Below, piece by piece: positions 48,143 to 55,347 of a DNA stretch of 64,000 bases. Under the pieces are notes generated by a model. The model was given only the letters and a program-made list of their open reading frames with translations, was not told the DNA's origin and did not search any database. The DNA is taken from NCBI GenBank assembly GCA_947447995.1, contig CANFLQ010000004.1:2268-66267 (forward strand). The letters are read 5' to 3'. The translations under genes were made by a program, and so were the position numbers. The stretch is from Bacteroidota bacterium. GTDB lineage: Bacteria > Bacteroidota > Bacteroidia > 2-12-FULL-35-15. Within the stretch, counting starts at the first letter, position 1. Every line of letters starts with the position of its first letter.

Positions 48143-49108
48143 ATGACCATAAAAGAAGCAATTTTAAAAAGCTTAGACGATATTAATGGATTAACAAATT
48201 ATTTGGAAATTTTTAACCATATTGTTGCAAAAAATTATTATTCCTTTGGTACAGCAAAGACCCCAACAGGGACAATTTCCGCTTTGCTCGGAGATTTCAT
48301 ACGTACAGGTGATACAAGAGTAAAACGCATTAAACAAGAGGGTGGCACGTATTCATACTATTTGACAAAAAATGAACAGAATATTGGAATTGATGTTTTA
48401 ATTGGAGTAACTGAAACTACTAATAATACTAATATAAAAGTTGAGAAAAACAAAACTTATGACGAACGAGATTTGCATAGGCTTCTAAGTAGTTACTTGA
48501 AAAATACTGGTATTTATTCTAAGACAATTTTTCACGAACAATCAAACGGAAAAGATAATAATCAAATTTGGACACATCCAGATATGGTTGGTATTAAGTT
48601 TTTAAACCTGCAAAGCCAAACAAGTCAGAATTTTTTAAAAGCCATTAATCGGGCAGATACTTTTAAGTTGAATTCGTATGAAATCAAAAAAGAAATAAAC
48701 AACGATAGTGAATTAAAGAAAGCATTCTTTCAAGCAGTTTCAAATTCAACGTGGGCAAATTATGGTTACTTGGTAGCTTTTGAGTTTAGCGATAGTTTAA
48801 TCGAAGAGATGGAACGATTAAATCAATCATTTGGAATTGGAATAATAGAATTACACTCAAATCCATATCAAAGCAAAATTTTATTCCAAGCAAAGTACCG
48901 AGAATTAGATTTTAAGACCATTGACAAACTTTGTAAAATCAACAAAGAATTTGAAAAATTTATCGAGCAGACAGAAAAATTAATGACGGCGGAAGAACGA
49001 TATTACAAATCAACAGAAAAAGAACTTGACGAATTTTGTGATGGTTATTTTGAAAACGATACAGAAATGGAAAAATATTGTAAAGACAAAAATATTCCCA
49101 TGGAATGA
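48143..49108 (+). CDS. HARE-HTH domain protein with a PD-(D/E)xK-like nuclease core (COG2958/HrgA-like)
   Basis: N-terminal MTIKEAILKSL....T..EI...I.......KTP.GTISA.L resembles HARE-HTH. Central ERDLH..L..YL, W.HPDMVGI ... SYEIKKE and FQAVSNSTWANYGYLV fit the PD-(D/E)xK pattern and the COG2958 family as I recall it. Confidence 0.65.
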   Translation: MTIKEAILKSLDDINGLTNYLEIFNHIVAKNYYSFGTAKTPTGTISALLGDFIRTGDTRVKRIKQEGGTYSYYLTKNEQNIGIDVLIGVTETTNNTNIKVEKNKTYDERDLHRLLSSYLKNTGIYSKTIFHEQSNGKDNNQIWTHPDMVGIKFLNLQSQTSQNFLKAINRADTFKLNSYEIKKEINNDSELKKAFFQAVSNSTWANYGYLVAFEFSDSLIEEMERLNQSFGIGIIELHSNPYQSKILFQAKYRELDFKTIDKLCKINKEFEKFIEQTEKLMTAEERYYKSTEKELDEFCDGYFENDTEMEKYCKDKNIPME

Positions 49109-49131
49109 TAGAAATTGAATAAATATAACAG

Positions 49132-49332
49132 GCCGCTCCTACGGAGCTTGGTGTAGTTTGAGGATGTTTTTCTACAAACAGTTTGCTCTTACGGAGCAAA
49201 ATTTAGAGCCAAAGAGAGACGAATTGTTTATGAAAAAGTTATTAGAATACTATTTTAAAGCTCCATAGGAGCGTACTGTTTGTAGTAAAAATGTTGTAAT
49301 ATATTTTATAAGCTCCGTAGGAGCGACCTGTA
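49132..49332. repeat. REP composite unit 3 (4 REP palindromes)
   Basis: REPs at 49132-49147, 49172-49197 (forward), and 49260-49285, 49312-49332 (inverted). Near-identical to unit 1, including the inter-REP sequence. Confidence 0.8.
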
Positions 49333-49353
49333 AATAAACAAGGGCAACAACAG

Positions 49354-49609
49354 GCCGCTCCTACGGAGCTTGGTGTAGTTTGAGGATGTGTATTTCTACA
49401 AACAGTTTGCTCCTACGGAGCATATTTATAAGTCTTAAAAGCTGCTATTTGAAAAAAGACAATTGTTAAATAAAATTTAAACTCCAAAGGAGCATACTGT
49501 TTGTAAAAAAATTCATGATGTACTATATTTTAAGCTCCATAGGAGCGACCTGTTTGTAGAAAAGAATAATCGTAAATAAAAACATAAGCTCCGTAGGAGC
49601 GACCTGTAG
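49354..49609. repeat. REP composite unit 4 (5 REP palindromes)
   Basis: REPs at 49354-49369, 49396-49421 (forward); 49481-49505 (degenerate), 49534-49559 and 49588-49609 (inverted). It ends with the same ..CGACCTGTAGAA-ATG junction as unit 1. Confidence 0.8.
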
Positions 49610-49630
49610 AAATGAGTGCAAAGCAATAAA

Positions 49631-50407
49631 ATGAAATTAAACTTAATTAATAACACCTATTTCAACGATTACAAAAAGCAACTCAATGTCAATATTGATA
49701 ATGCTTTTAAAACGCTATTGGATAAATCTCAAACTGCGGATGATTTTAAATTTTACCTTGCAAACTCTGCGGTACATTCATCCAACATTGAAGGGAATAC
49801 AGTAAATTTTGATACCTACTTAAAGGCAAGCGAACATAATTTACATCTGAAAACAAAAGAGATAAAAGAAATTGAAGCGCTAATAAAAGCATACCAATTT
49901 GCAAAAGAAAATGAGCTTACATTAAAGAATATATTAAAAGCACATGAAATTATTACAACCTCTATTTTAATAAAAAAGGAAAGAGGAAAGTTGAGAGATG
50001 TAAAAGTAGGAGTAAGAAGCGAAGGCAGATTGGTGTATTTAGCCATTGAACCTGAATTTGTAAAAAAAGAAGTAGAAAAATTATTTGAAGATATAGATGT
50101 GTTAATTAAAGCTAAATTAACCATTGAAGAAGTGTTTTATTATGCCGCATACATTCATTTGGTTTTTGTAAACATTCATCCTTTTGTGGATGGAAATGGA
50201 AGAGCAACACGTTTGATAGAAAAATGGTTTTTAGCAAAAAAGTTAGGGGATAAAGCTTGGTTTATTACTTCCGAAAAAAACTATTGGGATAACAGGTCAA
50301 CGTATTATAAAAACCTGCAAATAGGAGTAAACTATTATGAAATAAAGTATGAAAACAGCATTCCGTTTTTACTGATGTTACCCAATGCTTTAAAAAATAT
50401 TTATTAA
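49631..50407 (+). CDS. Fic family protein (AMPylase-type), class II-like with an N-terminal inhibitory motif
   Basis: Fic motif HPFVDGNGRATRL. Upstream SSNIEG matches the (S/T)xxxE(G/N) auto-inhibition motif. I chose the ATG at 49631 (MKLNLINN); the track ORF begins at a GTG at 49616. Confidence 0.88.
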   Translation: MKLNLINNTYFNDYKKQLNVNIDNAFKTLLDKSQTADDFKFYLANSAVHSSNIEGNTVNFDTYLKASEHNLHLKTKEIKEIEALIKAYQFAKENELTLKNILKAHEIITTSILIKKERGKLRDVKVGVRSEGRLVYLAIEPEFVKKEVEKLFEDIDVLIKAKLTIEEVFYYAAYIHLVFVNIHPFVDGNGRATRLIEKWFLAKKLGDKAWFITSEKNYWDNRSTYYKNLQIGVNYYEIKYENSIPFLLMLPNALKNIY

Positions 50408-50408
50408 A

Positions 50409-51347
50409 TTGAAACTGGATAAACAGTATAGCGTCTTTGTAAAGCAAATTAAGCTCGATATTCTCAATGCAAGAATAAAAGCTTCTCGCTCTGTTAATAA
50501 GGAATTGATAAAACTGTATTGGAATATTGGTCAAAAAATTGTTCAGAGCCAAAATAAATATGGTTGGGGAGAATCTGTAGTAGAAAATTTATCGAAAGAC
50601 ATAAGAAAAGAACTGGGAGATATAGCTGGTTTTTCTTCGAGAAATTTGTGGGAAATGCGCAAGGTTTATCTGGCTTACAAGGATTTTAAATTTCTGCAAC
50701 AGCTTGTTGCAGAAATATCATGGGGGCATCATTTACTAATTTTAAATAAGACAGAAAATATTGAGGAACGAGAGTTTTATATTCAATCTACAATTAAGCT
50801 TGGTTGGAGTTGTAATGTGTTACTAAATCAAATAAAAGCTAAGGCTTATAAGCGTCAATTATCACAAAACAAACAACACAATTTTAAAACGGCACTGCCA
50901 CTTCATCTTAATGAGCAAGCTGAAGAAACATTAAAAAGTAGTTATAATTTAGATTTTTTAGGAATAAAAGTTCCCATACTGGAAAGGCAATTGGAGAATA
51001 AATTAGTAGACCAGATTAAAAAATTTATTTTAGAACTAGGTTATGGTTTTTGTTTTATTTCAAATCAGCATAAGCTCTCGTTAAAGCATAAAGATTATTA
51101 TGTTGATTTATTATTTTACCATAGAAAGTTGAAATGTTTAGTTGCAATTGATTTAAAAGTAGGAGAATTTGAACCGGAATATGCTGGGAAAATGAATTTT
51201 TATTTGAATTTACTTGATGAAAAAGAAAAGGATGTAGATGAAAATCCATCGATAGGAATAATTCTATGTGCTGAAAAAAATCATATCGAAGTTGAATATG
51301 CTTTGAAGGGAATTACAGGAACAAATAAAAACACAATTAAAAATTAA
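50409..51347 (+). CDS. DUF1016/YhcG-family PD-(D/E)xK nuclease-domain protein
   Basis: NKELIKLYWNIGQKIV, GFS.RNLWEMRKVY, ISWGHH..IL, LDFLG, and C-terminal YVDLLFYH..L.C.VAIDLK.G.F.PE.AGKMNFYL are family hallmarks. TTG start 1 nt after the Fic stop. Confidence 0.85.
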   Translation: MKLDKQYSVFVKQIKLDILNARIKASRSVNKELIKLYWNIGQKIVQSQNKYGWGESVVENLSKDIRKELGDIAGFSSRNLWEMRKVYLAYKDFKFLQQLVAEISWGHHLLILNKTENIEEREFYIQSTIKLGWSCNVLLNQIKAKAYKRQLSQNKQHNFKTALPLHLNEQAEETLKSSYNLDFLGIKVPILERQLENKLVDQIKKFILELGYGFCFISNQHKLSLKHKDYYVDLLFYHRKLKCLVAIDLKVGEFEPEYAGKMNFYLNLLDEKEKDVDENPSIGIILCAEKNHIEVEYALKGITGTNKNTIKN

Positions 51348-51358
51348 AAAGAAATAAT

Positions 51359-51393
51359 TTCTAATTCTGCAACAAGCTGTTGCAGAATTAGAA
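51359..51393 (+). terminator. perfect 16-bp stem, 3-nt loop hairpin between DUF1016 and parC
   Basis: TTCTAATTCTGCAACA agc TGTTGCAGAATTAGAA, 11 nt after the stop at 51347 and 33 nt before the parC ATG. Only a weak U-tract follows (CTCTTTATT). Confidence 0.45.
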
Positions 51394-51426
51394 CTCTTTA
51401 TTATCAATGGTTTTAGAATTAAAACA

Positions 51427-54147
51427 ATGAGCGACAACGAAAACATAAACGAAGAAACGCATCAAGAAGGTGAAGAATTACACAACGTAATTCATGTTTC
51501 GGGAATGTACCAAAATTGGTTTTTAGATTACGCATCGTACGTAATTTTAGAACGTGCAGTGCCTTACGTGGAAGATGGCTTAAAACCTGTTCAACGTAGG
51601 ATATTGCATTCCATGGATGAATTGGATGACGGTCGTTACAACAAGGTAGCAAACATCATTGGGCATACCATGAAATATCACCCACATGGGGATATGAGTA
51701 TTGGCGATGCGCTGGTGGCACTCGGACAAAAAGATTTGTTAATTGATACTCAGGGAAACTGGGGAAACACATTAACTGGTGATAGGGCTGCTGCTCCGCG
51801 TTACATTGAAGCACGTTTATCAAAATTTGCTTTGGAGGTGGTGTTTAATCCGAAGACTACTGTTTGGTTGACCAGTTACGATGGCAGAAATAAAGAGCCC
51901 GAAACATTTCCTGTAAAGTTCCCCTTATTATTAGCTCAAGGTGTTGAAGGTATTGCGGTAGGTTTGGCGTGTAAAATGTTGCCTCATAATTTTAATGAAT
52001 TGTGTGATGCTTCGGTGGCTGTGTTGCGAGGTAAAAAAACAGATATATTACCTGATTTTGCAACAGCCGGCATGGCTGATTTTTCTAATTACAACGATGG
52101 TTTGCGTGGCGGGAAAATTCGTGTGCGTGCAAAAATTTCTCAGTTAGATAAAAAAACGTTGGTGATTAATGAAATTCCGTTTGGTACAACAACAGGCTCA
52201 TTGATCGATACCATTGTTTCGGCTAACGATAAAGGAAAAATAAAGATCCGTAAAGTAGAAGACAATACTGCCGAAAATGTGGAGATCGTTATTCATTTAG
52301 TTCCAGGTATTTCTCCCGATAAAACCATTGATGCATTATATGCGTTTACGGATTGTGAACTTTCTATTTCACCAAACGCTTGTATCATCGAAGATGATAA
52401 ACCGCGTTTTGTAGGTGTAAATGAAATGCTTAGAATTTCTACTCACAAAACATTAGATTTGCTGAGAAAAGAGCTGGAAATCGAAAAAGGGGAGTTGCAG
52501 GAATCATACATGTTTGCTTCGCTCGAAAAGCTTTTTATCAAAGATGAAATGTATATCGATTTTAAAAATTATTCGGATAAACAAAGTTTGTTTGGTTATT
52601 TGGATGGGCGTTTTACGAAATATAAAAAACAATTTATTCGTGAAATTACCAACGAGGATTTTGAGAAGCTGACACAAATTCCAATGATACGTATCACGCG
52701 TTTTGATTCTGCTAAAGCAGATGAAAAAATGAAAGCATTGGACGCACGTATCAATGAAATAAATCATCATTTAGCCAACCTTGTAGAATACGCAATAGAG
52801 TATTTCAAAAATTTGAAAAAGAAATACGGTGTTGGTCGCGAACGTAAAACAGAAATAAAATATTTTGAAACCATTGTTGCTACAAGTGTTGTAGTGGCAA
52901 ACGAAAAATTATATGTAAATCGTGAAGAAGGTTTTGCTGGTTTTGGTTTGAAAAAAGATGAATTCATTTCTGATTGTTCGGACATTGATGACATTATTGT
53001 TTTTCGTAAGGATGGAACATTTACAGTTTCCAAGGTGCAGGATAAAGCCTTTGTGGGTAAGGATTTAATACACATTGCTGTTTTTAAGAAAAACGATGAA
53101 CGTACTATTTACAACCTCATTTATCGCGATGGTAAAAATGGAAGTGTATTTATGAAACGTTTTCCGGTAACAGGTGTATCGCGCGATAAAGAATATAATT
53201 TAACAAAAGGTACAAAAGATTCGGAAGTACTTTATTTTACGGCTAATCCAAACGGCGAATCGGAAATTGTGGACATACAATTAAAACCATTACCCGGTTT
53301 ACGTAAGGTGCAGTGGGATTTTAATTTTGCTGATTTAGCAGTTAAAGGACGCAACTCCATGGGCAATGTGGTTACCAAATTTGTAGTTAAAAAAATTCTG
53401 TTAAAACAAAAAGGCTTGTCTACGCTTGGTGCATTGGATATGTGGTTTGATGACACCGTGCAACGTTTAAATACCGATAAACGTGGAATTTACCTTGGTA
53501 GTTTTGGTCCCGACGATAAAATAGTTACCATCATGCAAAGTGGAAATTATAAACTTACAGGATTCGATTTGGCAACCCACTTTGATGAAGATATGATCAT
53601 CATTGAAAAGTTTAATCTGGCTAAACCTGTTTCGGCGGTGTATTTGGATGGAGAAAGCAAAACGCATTTTGTGAAACGATTCCTTGTAGAACCGAGTGAT
53701 AAAAAAGTATTGTTTATCAGCGAAGCAGAAGGTTCCCGTTTAGAAATAGTTACTACAGATGCCATTCCGGTTCTTGAATTAAAATTTAGTAAAGTAAAAG
53801 ACAAAGAGATGCCAGATGAAATGGTTAATTTGGTTGATTTTATTGGCGTAAAAGGATTTAAAGCAAAAGGTAATAAATTATCGTATGCTAAAATAAAAGA
53901 CATAAAATTATTGCCTCCGGTAGAGGTGCAAATAGAAGAAGATGTGTTGGATGAGTTTGAAGAAAGTGGCTTGTCGCCATTGGAAGCACTCAAAAAATCA
54001 ACAACACCTGAAAAAACAAAAGAAAAACCACATATTTCAATAGATCATGAAATAAATGCAGAGCTGAAATTACCATCTGAAGAAAAGAAAAAGCCTAAAA
54101 AGCCAGAAGATGATAACGATGATGGGCAAATAACAATGGATTTATAG
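51427..54147 (+). CDS. parC: DNA topoisomerase IV subunit A
   Basis: LDYASYVILERA.P...DGLKPVQRRILHSM, HPHGD, and active-site region AA.RYIEARL. 906 aa with a beta-pinwheel C-terminal domain and an acidic/basic tail. Confidence 0.9.
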   Translation: MSDNENINEETHQEGEELHNVIHVSGMYQNWFLDYASYVILERAVPYVEDGLKPVQRRILHSMDELDDGRYNKVANIIGHTMKYHPHGDMSIGDALVALGQKDLLIDTQGNWGNTLTGDRAAAPRYIEARLSKFALEVVFNPKTTVWLTSYDGRNKEPETFPVKFPLLLAQGVEGIAVGLACKMLPHNFNELCDASVAVLRGKKTDILPDFATAGMADFSNYNDGLRGGKIRVRAKISQLDKKTLVINEIPFGTTTGSLIDTIVSANDKGKIKIRKVEDNTAENVEIVIHLVPGISPDKTIDALYAFTDCELSISPNACIIEDDKPRFVGVNEMLRISTHKTLDLLRKELEIEKGELQESYMFASLEKLFIKDEMYIDFKNYSDKQSLFGYLDGRFTKYKKQFIREITNEDFEKLTQIPMIRITRFDSAKADEKMKALDARINEINHHLANLVEYAIEYFKNLKKKYGVGRERKTEIKYFETIVATSVVVANEKLYVNREEGFAGFGLKKDEFISDCSDIDDIIVFRKDGTFTVSKVQDKAFVGKDLIHIAVFKKNDERTIYNLIYRDGKNGSVFMKRFPVTGVSRDKEYNLTKGTKDSEVLYFTANPNGESEIVDIQLKPLPGLRKVQWDFNFADLAVKGRNSMGNVVTKFVVKKILLKQKGLSTLGALDMWFDDTVQRLNTDKRGIYLGSFGPDDKIVTIMQSGNYKLTGFDLATHFDEDMIIIEKFNLAKPVSAVYLDGESKTHFVKRFLVEPSDKKVLFISEAEGSRLEIVTTDAIPVLELKFSKVKDKEMPDEMVNLVDFIGVKGFKAKGNKLSYAKIKDIKLLPPVEVQIEEDVLDEFEESGLSPLEALKKSTTPEKTKEKPHISIDHEINAELKLPSEEKKKPKKPEDDNDDGQITMDL

Positions 54148-54675
54148 GGTATTAACACCTAGTTTCACATAATATGTTTTCAATTTTGTATTGTCGCAAG
54201 AAGGTTTGATATTATTATTCCATTCTTTTTTAAACTCTTTTTTAGGAAGGAATTGTTTACCTATAAATTTAAAAACAATATTTCCATTTGGTTGTATTGT
54301 ACTATTATTTATAAATTGATAATTTGTATTTTCATAAGTAAAACAATGATTAGCGGAAATTAATACAGTATTTAATTGAAATGTAGCATTCAGATAACGT
54401 ACCGAAAATCCTGCATCTGTAACCGCTTTTGCTATTGCATCGAAGGAAACAGATTGACCTTTTTTAAAAATAATTTTACCGTTGGTGTTAGTTAAATTCA
54501 TTTCTATATTTTCAATAAAATTTAATTTACGAATACTCATTTCTACCGAACGTGTGCATGCAGAACAGGTAAGTCCGTTTACCCCAAAATCAACTGACTT
54601 AAATTGAGCAAAACAGAAGCAAGGCATTAATGCCAAAATGGTTATGATAAAGATTTTTGTTGCAATTGTATACAT
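54142..54675 (-). CDS. secreted heavy-metal-associated (HMA) domain protein with a C-terminal extension
   Basis: Signal peptide. GVNGLTCSACTRSVE is the GMTCxxC-type HMA metal-binding loop. A ~100-aa extra domain follows. The 3' end overlaps parC by 6 nt (convergent). Confidence 0.8.
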   Translation of the reverse strand: MYTIATKIFIITILALMPCFCFAQFKSVDFGVNGLTCSACTRSVEMSIRKLNFIENIEMNLTNTNGKIIFKKGQSVSFDAIAKAVTDAGFSVRYLNATFQLNTVLISANHCFTYENTNYQFINNSTIQPNGNIVFKFIGKQFLPKKEFKKEWNNNIKPSCDNTKLKTYYVKLGVNTL

Positions 54676-54834
54676 TACTGCAAAAGTAAGGATTAATCCT
54701 TCGACTAAAAACAGACAAGAGGTCTCATATTTTGGATAAAAATATTGAAGTTACCCAACCATTTTTTGTTTTAATACGTTTTTTGGTTAGTAGAAAGTAT
54801 TTATTTATTCGAAAAAAAAGCTTAAAATTGCGCC

Positions 54835-55218
54835 ATGATTAATTTTTTAAAACAAATGTTATGTGTTATCTTGGTTGCAGTTGTATTGCTGCAAAGCCTT
54901 GGTAAAACTATTGTTTTGGCAAATTATGAAATTAATAAAGAGTATATTTCCAAGGTGCTTTGTGTAAACAAAAGCAAACCTAAAATGCACTGTAATGGTA
55001 AATGCCATTTAAAAAAGGAGCTAAAAAAAGCTGAAAAAAGAGAACAATCTTCAAGTGCAACAATAGAAAAGATGGAAATTCAATTGTTTTCCACATCTTC
55101 GGATATTTTTCAATTATCTACTACCTTTATTTTAGTAAATAGCAATATGTTATTTAATTATTCCAATCACTTATCGGATAAACATCTCACTTCTATTTTT
55201 CACCCGCCTCAGGTTTAG
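54835..55218 (+). CDS. small membrane protein with a C-x9-HCNGKCH motif (copy 1)
   Basis: N-terminal TM helix, then ANYEINKEYISKVLCVNKSKPKMHCNGKCHLKKELKKAEKRE, ending ..IFHPPQV. Paralog of the ORF at 59337 with the same motif and the same (H/R)PP ending. Confidence 0.6.
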   Translation: MINFLKQMLCVILVAVVLLQSLGKTIVLANYEINKEYISKVLCVNKSKPKMHCNGKCHLKKELKKAEKREQSSSATIEKMEIQLFSTSSDIFQLSTTFILVNSNMLFNYSNHLSDKHLTSIFHPPQV

Positions 55219-55347
55219 TTAGTCTGTTTTTTTATTTACAATAGAATGGCTTTTACTGTTCTATTACTCTATTTTTATTGCATTGTTATGTTGTAACCAA
55301 TTTTGGTTAATTACAATAATACTGCATACATTTAAAAATTTATTTTA

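Larger units (their letters stand above)
47187..51426. other. accessory island inserted between parE and parC
   Basis: 4.2 kb containing only accessory-type genes (RAYT, HARE-HTH/nuclease, Fic, DUF1016) and dense REP repeats, bounded by the two topoisomerase IV subunit genes. Confidence 0.55.

Noticed and set aside
47195-49612. Possible CRISPR array, because of many short repeats with spacers
   Set aside because: The repeats are palindromic, occur in both orientations, have irregular spacing, and the spacer sequences themselves are repeated between blocks. No cas genes are present. This fits REP/RAYT-type organisation, not CRISPR.
51419-53993. Minus-strand ORFs overlapping parC (51419-51652, 52504-52770, 52767-53075, 53232-53456, 53467-53667, 53547-53993)
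   Set aside because: They are antisense to a conserved essential gene and have no motifs.
45336-54147. Interpretation of the two type IIA topoisomerase genes as gyrB/gyrA
   Set aside because: The B subunit is short (616 aa) and lacks the GyrB-type N-terminal and insert features. The A subunit has LKPVQRRIL rather than the GyrA-like LKPVHRRVL context and a long non-GyrA tail. Topoisomerase IV is the better call, though this rests on motif memory only.
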